64,000 nucleotides of DNA from a virus, in the IMG/VR virus record IMGVR_UViG_3300032213_001988, positions 32,001 to 96,000 of that record. One strand, 5' to 3'. The notes under the pieces were generated by a model that was given only the letters and a program-made list of their open reading frames with translations, did not search any database and was not told the DNA's origin. The translations under genes and the position numbers were made by a program. The stretch's first letter is position 1, and each line of letters starts with the position of its first letter. This document shows positions 39,116 to 48,890 of this stretch, in pieces.

Positions 39116-40174
39116 TTACTCTTCCTCCGTAATAGGTCCACCAACAACCCACGCGTTACATGTACGAGATGCCGCACACTTGAAATCTAAAGCTTCGCAG
39201 TACCCAAGCTCTGCCGCGTCAACCGCGTCCCAGGCGTTATCACTTGAGGATCCACCTTGCTCAATACCAGTTGTAATACAGTCAAGCATCTTAGGAGTAC
39301 GAATAAACATTACACAGTTTCCACATGTGCTCTTTCGTGCCTCGTCACCAGAGACTCCCCAGCGTGTTCCTTTATCGTCCCAGAACTCATCGTTTGGCTC
39401 GTTTGGATTTAGTGGGCCGTAGCCTGCGTTCTTAATTGCATATTCACGATTTTCAAGATTAACAACAATGTCCTGTGTTGCGGGAGGGCAGTCACCATCT
39501 GCAGCTGCAGTAATAGGCTCGGACTCTTCGTCCTCGTATTGCGCGGTGTCTTCCGTGGTAAGAGTTTCATCATTACCCTCAGCCATATCGTAGATTTTTA
39601 TAAACTTAGGTGTTACCTCATGAACCTCTAGCCCGTCGATTGACTCGTCGTCTGCAGGTAGCTTAAACCATCCGCGATTTGAGCGGGTGTACATTCCAGC
39701 CTCTGATGAGTAGATTAAGTATTTAACCTCTTGAGACTCGGTGTCAACTGCTGCGTAAAGATTATCCTCTGGAGCAGGCGCGTTGGGAGTAAACGCTAGT
39801 TTTACATCTGCCATGTACATCTCCTCTAGTGCCTCAGCAGGGACGGTAGTCCGAAGGCTTGAAGCCCATCTACCATCTGTGTCTTGAAATGCTCGTACTG
39901 TATAAATCTTACCGTAACTTGAGAAAGTTATGTCGCCTCTCGACTCATTTACACGCACATCTTCAGGCCGAACAAGTGGGTAGTAACGTATGCCGTCAAT
40001 AGTTGAGGCTCCTGCGTGAGGCTTGTCGTCAATCATCTCGACGTGAACTCCGTAGACCGGTTGAAGCATGACCTGTCCATCTTCACCTTTAACTGTCATA
40101 ACCGCAGGACCGGCTAGAAAGCCTTCATCAGTCTTCCACGCTGCCTCATCTGTAAACTTCAATTTATTTATCAC
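39116..40174 (-). CDS. Head-module protein with C-terminal Cys-rich domain
   Basis: CGNC..F..C..GYC..FKC..RTCNAW..GGP. Confidence 0.7.
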   Translation of the reverse strand: MINKLKFTDEAAWKTDEGFLAGPAVMTVKGEDGQVMLQPVYGVHVEMIDDKPHAGASTIDGIRYYPLVRPEDVRVNESRGDITFSSYGKIYTVRAFQDTDGRWASSLRTTVPAEALEEMYMADVKLAFTPNAPAPEDNLYAAVDTESQEVKYLIYSSEAGMYTRSNRGWFKLPADDESIDGLEVHEVTPKFIKIYDMAEGNDETLTTEDTAQYEDEESEPITAAADGDCPPATQDIVVNLENREYAIKNAGYGPLNPNEPNDEFWDDKGTRWGVSGDEARKSTCGNCVMFIRTPKMLDCITTGIEQGGSSSDNAWDAVDAAELGYCEALDFKCAASRTCNAWVVGGPITEEE

Positions 40175-43100
40175 GACTTAGATGCTCCTGTTCCGGTAAT
40201 GATAACCTCCTCGATAGGACGTCCTCCGATGTAGTTAATTCCTCTAGCCTTTAGCCCCTCAATGACGCCCACATGAACTTCCTTTGAGACTACCATCACG
40301 TCAAGATCTTCCCAGGAGAGTCTTTGCTTAAACATAACCTCGTAGGCTCCAACCTGCGCAGCAGATATAACGTCCTTGTTCTTTGAGCGCTTGCCAAAGG
40401 CATCGGTGTAGTTTGCATAGAAGTCTAAACGTTGATACACCTTCTTAGGGTCAAAGTATAGTGTAGGCACCCAGTCGGTAGTTCCGTATCTCTTTCTATC
40501 AGCACTTTTTACCGGGCGAGTAAACACGTAGTCAGCGCCACCAGTTCCAATATCAGCCGCGCTTGACTGACCGTTAACTCCAATTCCTTCTGTCCAGCGT
40601 GTTGTTGTTGAGAGAAGGCCTCCCTGTGGGTTATCAATGAATCCTACTATCCAGTCTGTCATTGCCTTTACTTTTTGCTCGTCACTCATGCTGTATTCAA
40701 GAACGCCAGGATTACGAAGGCCGTGACTCATAGCCTCTGGCTTGCCAGTTGCCTCCCAGATCTTTAACGCGCCTTCCTCAGAAAGGCGATATTCAATTCT
40801 TCCTGATGGGCCTGTCGTTACGATAACGTCGTCTACAGTTAGTCCCCACTTGTCCTTTACCTTTTCAAGACTTTCTGTTCTTGCCGCACCCTTAGGGTTT
40901 GTGTTCGCATCTGTCTTAGCATCAAAGATACTCATCAAGCGATTTTCAATAAGAACCTTTGCGTCTGCTGGTGTTGCAGGACGCACCTGACTTACTCCTG
41001 CTAGAGCTAGTGCGTTAGCAATCTGATCATCGGTGGCACCTGCTGGCGCTTGAATCTGCACCGTGTTGTGAAAGGCGCGAGCCGGAGCTCCACCGTATCC
41101 TTTTGAGAATGTGTCAGACGCGTCTGGATTAGCACGATGAATATAGATAACAATTCCGTCCTTTGTAGTAATCTTATAAGTTCTTCCTGTTGGGCTTTCA
41201 TAGGCTGTCTCAGATGCAGATAGATCTCCTACTCCGTCCTTGCCTACAGTTATTCTTGGAATACGTAGCTTACTGACTTCTATACCTGCGTCTGCTCTTT
41301 CCTGCTCAGTCATGCTTGCAATATCAGCGACTTTTCTCTTACCGGCCCAGTTCGTAAGCTTAAACTTTAGTTGAATGCCATCCACGCCTTCAGCGTTACG
41401 CACGTGCATAACTCGAACATCTAGGTCTTCAATTGAGTCTGCGTCAACAGCTGCAGACGCTCCACGCATTGCAGCTTTTTTGTCACCTGTGTCAAGAGCC
41501 TTTGCTATTGCGTCTGGAAGGGCAGGTACTGTCTCAAAGTTAGATAATGACCAGTCAGCTGGGCTGTCAACAATTACTGGCTCAGCGCCAGCGCCAGTTG
41601 CCTTTGTTGTAGACTTTTTAGTTGTAGGTCCCTTAAAGTTTTCATCGAGTGTATTTGTAGATTTTAGGGTCTTTCCTGAGCGCCACTTTACTACGCCATT
41701 TCCAAAGTCTACGAAGGCGTAGTTGTCCTTATTGACTTTTAGCACGGTACCAATTACGCCGTCCTTGTCTGCAACCTTTACTCCTGCAAAGATCTGATTA
41801 CCAGTAGAATCAGCAATTGCTGTAAACCCATCAGGTACTTCAAGTTCATCAGTTGCGTCTACATCTTCTATAGGTTCTGACTCGGTACCGAAAGGCTCAG
41901 ACTTGTTTTGAGCTATCTTTTCAAGCAGCGCATCATTTTCTTCCTTGGTTGGCTGACGCCACTGAAATACCTCAATGCCGTTTCCGCCAGGCTCAAAGAA
42001 ATCAGGTTTAGAGTCAGGAGTGTAATTTGTCTTTTTCTTTGCATCAATGATGTATACAGTCTCGCCATCAGGGGTTGCAGCAATCATTCCGTCTTTCTCA
42101 TGAACTGCAAGGATCTTTCCACCCTCTGGCATTCCGTATGAGAAAAGCTTAACTAGTTCGTTTGCTGCATCATTAAGAATAGGCTCGGTTGGGAAAGGAG
42201 TACTTGGAGATGGCTTGGTTGCTGCTGGCGTTACTTTTTCTCCAGCTGCAATTTCATCGCTAATATCAACTATGCCAGGAGCGACTATGTCGGTAATTGC
42301 TGAGATGACGTCTGCGTCTTCTGCCTCAGACCAGTCAACAAGACCTTCCTCATCTATAGCATCACGTATCTGATCTGCCTTTTCCTTAGAGATCTTAGTG
42401 CCTTGAGCGTCTAGTAGATCTAGTATCATCTTTGAGTGAGCTTGGATTTTTTTATTATCGGTGTAGATGTCACCGTAGAACTCTTCAGGCACAAAGTCTT
42501 CATCAAGAACTGACTTGTACTCTTTTGCAAAGTCGTCCATCTTGTCAAGTGGTACCTCTACTGTAATTTCATCAACGCCATCAACATCTAACTTAGAATC
42601 AACTACATACGGCAAAACTTCTTCGTATCCAGCAGGTCCGTTACTATTAGGATTAAAAGGACGAGTCCCGTCGTGAACAAACGACACGCGAACTTTCTTA
42701 CCATCTTCAGTTAGTTGCGCAGTTGGTTCAAACTGACCAATGTCATCTTGCGGAGTTTCTGGTGTTGGCGCTTCTGGAGCTTCTGGCTCGGGAGCGTCCG
42801 GAGCCTCAGGGGCTTTTGGGCCTTCGCCACCACCGCCATCGCCATCAATAACTGTTAGATACTTAGTGCTAAACACCTTGGGTTTGCCACCATCTGACAT
42901 CTTAACCCAGACGTAGCCTGAGTTCTTGTCGTAGCGTGAGAGTACTCCTTCAAGAACCTCACCCTTCTTCTCATAGCGAATTTTTGCGCCTGGCTCAATA
43001 GGCGTTCCATTTTTATCCTTATAAGGATTTGTCACAGACTCAGTTGCGACTGGCTCTGGCGCTTCAGCAGGCGCTGTTGGCTCTGGCGCTGCAGGAGTGC

Positions 43101-46100
43101 TCTTATCATTATCTTCTTCAATGTAGTCTTTTAGAACGCGTAGTTGCTCATCAATATCATCTACGTTATTCATTAGACCAATATCATCTTTATCCCAGTC
43201 ATAGGTGTCAAGCATACCGCGTAGCTCTTCAAGAACTCCTGGTAGCTCTTCATCAGAGATCTCGCCGTTACGCCAGTCAACTAACGCAGTGTCGATTTGA
43301 TCTGCAACTGCTTGGAACGCCTTTCGGTATACTGCAAGTTGTTTTTCGTCATCAGCGTACTCTTGTGCCCAACCACCAGCAGTATCAAGTGCGCTGTCAA
43401 TCTCTGCTTTCTTTCCTTCGGGAGTTTGAACTGCCTCTGGGTCTGTGTCCTGCTCTTTGCTAATATCTGCGTTGTCAACTACAATAGATGTGTCCTCACT
43501 AAGGAGGTCGTATCTATCAAGAATAAACTGGCGACGAGCCTTTAGCTTATCCTTTATCTCTTGCGCTGCTTCTGTGTCTGTGACAATTCCATCAACCATT
43601 GAGTCAATGTCATCGTTTGATATGTCAAGAAGCTTGCGGGCTGACTCCTTCTGTTGCTCATCGGTCATTGAACCAAATACAGCAGCAGACTGTGGATTCA
43701 TGCTAGGGTCACGCAGCGTGTCTAGTTCATTGACATCATTGCCAAACAAGGATCCCTTAGGTTTACCCATAGCGCGGAACAAAAGCGCTCCACCTGGGTC
43801 CACACGGACTGGATTACCACTGCCATCGGACATTACGTTATCAAATCCTAAACCTGCAACGTCCCAGTTTCCAAGCCACGCATCAACTGCAAAGCCTTCC
43901 TGCAACTTAGCAAGATACTCTGGGTTGTTTAATTGTTCCTGTAGATCTTGTTTTGATCCAATAATGTCTGGAGAGAACGTCATCTTAACTCCGTCATCTC
44001 CACTGCCAATTCCAATGTCCGCTGCATCAACTTTTAGAAGTTTATAGAACGCGGCAGCAAGAACTTCGTTCTGTGCGTGCAACTCTGACTTAGGCTTCTT
44101 TACATAGAAGCGATTTCCTTCAGCGTCTTCGTAGAAGCCACCTTCATTAGAACCAAGCTGTGGGCCAACCTTCTTCCAGCCTTCCATGTCGTACTCTGTT
44201 GAAAGTTCTTCAACTATGGAGTTAACTGGGTTGTCTACACTTTGTTCTACAGGCTCGGCTTCTTCATCAGACGCCTGTGCCTCTGGGTCTGCGTTTGCAA
44301 TATCATCAAGCAACGCATTTGTGTCAACACCTTGAATCTGCAAAGCATCACGAATAAGTTCTACGGCAACAGTGACTTCTTTCTCGTCTTCCCACTCAAG
44401 AACAACCTCGCCTGAACCATCTTCAATTGCTTGTCTAAATGATTCAGCGAGAACGTCACGGTCGTAGCTGCGTGCAACAGCATCGGGCTTGTCTTCAAAA
44501 TCGTCAGGGAAATCCTGTTCTGCTCTTGATTCGTATCGAGCAGGGTCAATCTTGTGGTAGCCTTCTGGCATCTCTGGAGATGCGTTATCCTTTATCAAAA
44601 GTTCATTGTATGAAGTGTCAAGTCCTTCGAGTACGGCATCGCGCTTTGACAGCATTTCAATTTCAACCTTAAAGACTTTTCTACCACTTGAGGTAGTTGT
44701 CTCTTTAACTTCTACTATCTTAAAGTTTCCTAGCATTCTGTGCTCTTGCTCGTTAAAGGTAGATATCGTTGTTAGGTCAACTGATCTTCCTTTGTTAGGC
44801 TTTACTGTGAAGACGATTGATGTCTTATCAGTCGAATTAGAAAGCGCGCCTGCAAAGATCGAGGCGTTAATATCACTCGTTGAGAACGAACGCGCATCAA
44901 ATGCTAAAACGTCACCATTCTTAATTTTTTCTATAAGAGGGCTGTCGTTTGGCACCTGTAGGCCTCGGTGCAATGACACCTGGTTGTATCGAGAGGACTC
45001 AGTCATAAGTCTAAAGAAAGCGCCTGCAAATGATGTGTCGCTGTCAATAGATTCTCTTCCATCGATTAAAGCCTGCTTTGACTTAATAAGATCATTTATG
45101 CTTCCATTTTTGTCAAAGAACTCTTTTACCTCTGACCACTCAGCAGAGCCGTTGTACTTTTTAATTGCAGCGTAGACGCCGTTGGCTAGTCTAGTCCTTT
45201 CAACGCCATCACTAATTCCCTCATCAAGAGCAGTGATAGTTGCCCACAGAGCTTGGAATGCTTGCTTCTCTTCAGGAGTAGCGTCTGGGTTGAGCGCACC
45301 TCCGATATAGTCATCTAGTAATTTTTCAAGATCCTCTGAGATAGCAGAGTCGTTGTCATTTACAGGATTTCCCTTTGCTTTTCTAATTACATCTGCAAGT
45401 TCTACAATCTTAGGGTTTGGCTCGCCGTTTCTGTTGAGCTCCATTAGCTGTGATACAAGTGCAGATCCTGAGTCTGCAAGCGCAACATCAACGTTTGCTC
45501 TTGCGATAGCCTCTGCGTCCTCTGGGTCAATCGCGTCAAGCAATGGCGTTTCAGCTTGAACGTTCTCCTCCTTGCGAAGAGACTTAAGAAGGTCTTGGTT
45601 CTTGCTCTCGCCTAAGCCCGCGTCGTAGAGTTGCGCGAGTAAAAGGTCAGCGTCGTATCCTTGCTTCTTAAGCGCAAGATAGATTGCCTCTACTGGAACC
45701 CACTCTTCACCGTTATTAAAATCAAGAGCGCCAACACCTAGACCAACAGGTTTAGCTACTGGCTTCTTTTTCTTAGGGCCAGGCTTTCCTGGTTTCTTTT
45801 CAATAGGATCACCGTTGTCATCAACTTCTTCGTCGTCGCCATCATCCTCAAGGAGATCTAGCGCGTAATCTTTCTTACCAACGATACCTTGGATAAAACC
45901 GTCAACAAGCGCATCGGTTCCAAACTTGTTTGCAATAACTTCTGGATCATCTGAGAAGTCAGGACTCATCTCATCGTCAACGCGACCTTCAGGCTCAAAT
46001 GCCTCAGGAGCTTTTAACTTCCACGCACCTTCAGGAGGCGTAAGCTTTGAGATAACAGATGTTTCAGGTTCAGCAGCTGGAGCTGAGGGAGCTTCAGGGA

Positions 46101-47796
46101 GTTTTGCGATAACTTCGTCGTCTCCTGGACGAGGAAAGGCGATAGTTTCTTTCCACCAAGGATTTGCTGGGTCATGCAGTAAACTTTCGTGGTCACCAAC
46201 CCAGTTAACAACATCTGGGATCTTTGCTTCAGCTTCTTCCCAGGTGTCATAGCCTAGAGCGTTTCCATCCTTGTTAAACCAAGAAGCGCGATGACCAAAA
46301 TTGATCTGTCCTTTGCTGTTAACCTCAGCAATTATTTGAACTTGATTTTTTCCGTCTGCACTTGGAACAAGCTTTTGGAATGATCTAATCTCAGGAGCTC
46401 CGTCAACTGAATACTTGCTGATTGCAAGTTCCCAGCCGGCAGGAATGTCGCGGCCTTCAATGTCCTTGCCTTGTTCAAGCATAGCTTCAAACTTGTCAAC
46501 TTCCTCGTTGTGCTTTAATCTTTTTTCTTTAAAGAAAGCGTCATCGGCTGCTTTTTTGTCTTCCTGCACCTTAAGGATTTCTTTTGAGGATTCTGGCATC
46601 TTGTCATAAGGATCAACCTCAGAACCTGGAAGAACATCTGCATTTTGTGGCGCAGACATGATGCGCTTAAACTTGTCGTAGTCTTTTTCATCTGCGTTAG
46701 CAAGATCCTGTACCTGTGCCCAGTCATCAACTTGCTCGCCAACCTGTGCGCCCTTGTCACCGTTCTTGTCCTTGCGGAACAGTGTAAGCTTTCCATCAGA
46801 CTCTTCTACAATGTAGTCGTCGTCAGAACCAAATGAACCATCTTCATTTTTCTTCCAGCCGAAAGGTGCGTCCATACGCATCTTAATCATGTCTTCCTTA
46901 GAGAAGATCTGCGCTCTCTTATCAAAGATAGACGAAAGCTTTCCTGTAAGTTTTCCAGCAACACTGTCTGGCAGAAGTGCCTTATACTCCTGAGCGTTAC
47001 TTGACTCTACTGGGTAAATACCGTCTGGTAGATTTGCGTCACCCTTAACTTGAACGAGTCCACGCTTACCATCAACACCAATAAACTTTCCATTGATAGG
47101 AACGTTGTTCCCACCGATGTTAATCTTGAAGCCGATACCACGACCCATTTCAATCCAGCGACCTAAACGGTCACGCCATTGTAGATTTGCACGTGCGCTA
47201 CGAGCAGCAGATGAATTGCCGGAGCCAAAGCTAAATGCAGCAGTAAGAGCTGATAGATAGATCTCGCGAGGAACTCCTCCTGCGACAAGAACTTGTAGAG
47301 ATGCAATTGCATGTGAGTACTCTGTTGAACTTCTGTCATAGAAGTATGCTGCTGCGACAATCTCTCTTGCTTCATCGTCAACACGTGGGTCTGCTGCGAT
47401 CCAACGAGAACGAGCGTGACGCAACGCTGAGGCAGTCATCGAGTTAGCGCGAGATGCTAAAGGGTGTCCTACTGGAAGTAGATCTCTATATGATACCTGT
47501 GAGTCAGTAGATATCTCTCCGGTGCATGCAAGACTAATAAAGGATGAAACTTCCTTATAGGCAACAAACTGACGAGTCTTTGTCTCTAGGCTTGCTGTCT
47601 TTGCCAGCGAGCGCTCTGCAACTAAAAAGACAGCCTGTTGAGAAACGCGACGCTCTGCAGGTACCTTTGCGTTTTCAGCTGCTGCAAGGTTGCGTAGCGA
47701 CTGGCGAAATGACGTCTTGCTTCCACGAACGTTTGCCTTAGGAACAACCTTAGCCTTTTCTCTGTGTGAGATAAGTTCGTTAATTAGCTCGTACAT
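40171..47796 (-). CDS. Giant head-associated protein with ADP-ribosyltransferase, HipA/PI3K-like kinase and second putative ART domain
   Basis: LHRG..SFSTS..NEQE; GPQLGSNEGG..YVKK..NEVLA..DAWLGNWD..DN..RVDPGG; HG..GGLLST..GADYVF..EVMF. Confidence 0.75.
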   Translation of the reverse strand: MYELINELISHREKAKVVPKANVRGSKTSFRQSLRNLAAAENAKVPAERRVSQQAVFLVAERSLAKTASLETKTRQFVAYKEVSSFISLACTGEISTDSQVSYRDLLPVGHPLASRANSMTASALRHARSRWIAADPRVDDEAREIVAAAYFYDRSSTEYSHAIASLQVLVAGGVPREIYLSALTAAFSFGSGNSSAARSARANLQWRDRLGRWIEMGRGIGFKINIGGNNVPINGKFIGVDGKRGLVQVKGDANLPDGIYPVESSNAQEYKALLPDSVAGKLTGKLSSIFDKRAQIFSKEDMIKMRMDAPFGWKKNEDGSFGSDDDYIVEESDGKLTLFRKDKNGDKGAQVGEQVDDWAQVQDLANADEKDYDKFKRIMSAPQNADVLPGSEVDPYDKMPESSKEILKVQEDKKAADDAFFKEKRLKHNEEVDKFEAMLEQGKDIEGRDIPAGWELAISKYSVDGAPEIRSFQKLVPSADGKNQVQIIAEVNSKGQINFGHRASWFNKDGNALGYDTWEEAEAKIPDVVNWVGDHESLLHDPANPWWKETIAFPRPGDDEVIAKLPEAPSAPAAEPETSVISKLTPPEGAWKLKAPEAFEPEGRVDDEMSPDFSDDPEVIANKFGTDALVDGFIQGIVGKKDYALDLLEDDGDDEEVDDNGDPIEKKPGKPGPKKKKPVAKPVGLGVGALDFNNGEEWVPVEAIYLALKKQGYDADLLLAQLYDAGLGESKNQDLLKSLRKEENVQAETPLLDAIDPEDAEAIARANVDVALADSGSALVSQLMELNRNGEPNPKIVELADVIRKAKGNPVNDNDSAISEDLEKLLDDYIGGALNPDATPEEKQAFQALWATITALDEGISDGVERTRLANGVYAAIKKYNGSAEWSEVKEFFDKNGSINDLIKSKQALIDGRESIDSDTSFAGAFFRLMTESSRYNQVSLHRGLQVPNDSPLIEKIKNGDVLAFDARSFSTSDINASIFAGALSNSTDKTSIVFTVKPNKGRSVDLTTISTFNEQEHRMLGNFKIVEVKETTTSSGRKVFKVEIEMLSKRDAVLEGLDTSYNELLIKDNASPEMPEGYHKIDPARYESRAEQDFPDDFEDKPDAVARSYDRDVLAESFRQAIEDGSGEVVLEWEDEKEVTVAVELIRDALQIQGVDTNALLDDIANADPEAQASDEEAEPVEQSVDNPVNSIVEELSTEYDMEGWKKVGPQLGSNEGGFYEDAEGNRFYVKKPKSELHAQNEVLAAAFYKLLKVDAADIGIGSGDDGVKMTFSPDIIGSKQDLQEQLNNPEYLAKLQEGFAVDAWLGNWDVAGLGFDNVMSDGSGNPVRVDPGGALLFRAMGKPKGSLFGNDVNELDTLRDPSMNPQSAAVFGSMTDEQQKESARKLLDISNDDIDSMVDGIVTDTEAAQEIKDKLKARRQFILDRYDLLSEDTSIVVDNADISKEQDTDPEAVQTPEGKKAEIDSALDTAGGWAQEYADDEKQLAVYRKAFQAVADQIDTALVDWRNGEISDEELPGVLEELRGMLDTYDWDKDDIGLMNNVDDIDEQLRVLKDYIEEDNDKSTPAAPEPTAPAEAPEPVATESVTNPYKDKNGTPIEPGAKIRYEKKGEVLEGVLSRYDKNSGYVWVKMSDGGKPKVFSTKYLTVIDGDGGGGEGPKAPEAPDAPEPEAPEAPTPETPQDDIGQFEPTAQLTEDGKKVRVSFVHDGTRPFNPNSNGPAGYEEVLPYVVDSKLDVDGVDEITVEVPLDKMDDFAKEYKSVLDEDFVPEEFYGDIYTDNKKIQAHSKMILDLLDAQGTKISKEKADQIRDAIDEEGLVDWSEAEDADVISAITDIVAPGIVDISDEIAAGEKVTPAATKPSPSTPFPTEPILNDAANELVKLFSYGMPEGGKILAVHEKDGMIAATPDGETVYIIDAKKKTNYTPDSKPDFFEPGGNGIEVFQWRQPTKEENDALLEKIAQNKSEPFGTESEPIEDVDATDELEVPDGFTAIADSTGNQIFAGVKVADKDGVIGTVLKVNKDNYAFVDFGNGVVKWRSGKTLKSTNTLDENFKGPTTKKSTTKATGAGAEPVIVDSPADWSLSNFETVPALPDAIAKALDTGDKKAAMRGASAAVDADSIEDLDVRVMHVRNAEGVDGIQLKFKLTNWAGKRKVADIASMTEQERADAGIEVSKLRIPRITVGKDGVGDLSASETAYESPTGRTYKITTKDGIVIYIHRANPDASDTFSKGYGGAPARAFHNTVQIQAPAGATDDQIANALALAGVSQVRPATPADAKVLIENRLMSIFDAKTDANTNPKGAARTESLEKVKDKWGLTVDDVIVTTGPSGRIEYRLSEEGALKIWEATGKPEAMSHGLRNPGVLEYSMSDEQKVKAMTDWIVGFIDNPQGGLLSTTTRWTEGIGVNGQSSAADIGTGGADYVFTRPVKSADRKRYGTTDWVPTLYFDPKKVYQRLDFYANYTDAFGKRSKNKDVISAAQVGAYEVMFKQRLSWEDLDVMVVSKEVHVGVIEGLKARGINYIGGRPIEEVIITGTGASKS

Positions 47797-48888
47797 TTAC
47801 TCGGTCTCCTTAACTGGCAAAAGGTCTGCGTCTTTTGACCCATAGAGAGCAGACGCAAGAACTGCTGCTCGATCAAATGGAGACTCGTTGTCACGTATGG
47901 CACGTAGCCAGGTTGCGCGTAGCGCTGGAACAATTTCATAACCTTGACCAGATAGCTCAGCCATCGCAAGTATGGCGTGCTCTGGTGAGTGATAATCTTC
48001 TTCATTCTGTAGTTCAACGTATAGCTCTTGGCTAGCATAGAGTGATGCAATGATTGAGGCATCACCTTTACTTGAGCGTGGATGCTTTGCTGGCAAAAGA
48101 TCATTGTCCTGCTTGTAGTTTGGATTTGCAGGACGCCCACTCTTTAATAAACGTAGGAACGCATTAACGCGAGCAAACGCCCAGCCGTCTCTTGTCATCC
48201 CTGGTCTGTGCGAGCTTGAGAACGCACCGGCGCCGCGACGATACACAGCCTTTAACATTCCAAGAGTTGCCTTACGACCTTCAGGCGCTTTCTCGTTGTG
48301 CTTCTTTACCTTCTCACGAAGAGTTGCCTCTGTTCGAGCGCTAAATACAATTTTCTTTCCACCCTTAGCAGATCCCTTAGGATTTTTCTTTGAGCCGTAG
48401 ATGCGATCTTTCTTTGGAGCAGGGCGAGATCCGGCAGCGGTAATCTGACTGTCTTCAACTTGAACAACACCATCAGGGATAACTGCAAAACGGCACTTGC
48501 CATCATCTTCAATTGGCTGTGCAATAATCTTACAAACGCCAGGGCCTTCATACAAAACGCAGTTGATGCACTTAACACCAATTTCCTTGTATTCGTTTTC
48601 TGCGGCAGGCGTGTACCCTGCCCAGATTCCTGTGCGGTCCTCGTTAAACTTTCCGTGCTTTTCAGCAATTTCTAAGAGTGCCTGAGCAAGGTCTTGCTCT
48701 TCAGCAACAATAATCCCTGCAGCTGTAAGCGAGTCTGCAAAATCCTTTGGCACACAGTTGGGAACCATGTTCCCGTTCTTGCCCTTCTTCATACCGACTT
48801 GCTTATACCCGTCCCAGCAAGGACTCTTACCGGCAGCAGTAATAGCTGCTTCTTCTTCGTCTAAGAGAGTAACCCAGTCTTGTGCCAT
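47797..48888 (-). CDS. Head-module multidomain protein (CWxGY motif, HiPIP-like Cys4, DUF5824-like); start corrected to MAQDW
   Basis: CWDGYKQVGMKK..VPNCVP; CINC-x8-C-x12-C; AVYRRG..SHRPG..WAFARVNAFL; ATG 2 nt after dps stop. Confidence 0.7.
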   Translation of the reverse strand: MAQDWVTLLDEEEAAITAAGKSPCWDGYKQVGMKKGKNGNMVPNCVPKDFADSLTAAGIIVAEEQDLAQALLEIAEKHGKFNEDRTGIWAGYTPAAENEYKEIGVKCINCVLYEGPGVCKIIAQPIEDDGKCRFAVIPDGVVQVEDSQITAAGSRPAPKKDRIYGSKKNPKGSAKGGKKIVFSARTEATLREKVKKHNEKAPEGRKATLGMLKAVYRRGAGAFSSSHRPGMTRDGWAFARVNAFLRLLKSGRPANPNYKQDNDLLPAKHPRSSKGDASIIASLYASQELYVELQNEEDYHSPEHAILAMAELSGQGYEIVPALRATWLRAIRDNESPFDRAAVLASALYGSKDADLLPVKETE

Positions 48889-48890
48889 GT

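Noticed and set aside
40171-47796. Intein or MuF domain in the giant protein
   Set aside because: No intein splice motifs (C/S start, HN end) or MuF Cys/His motif recognised by eye
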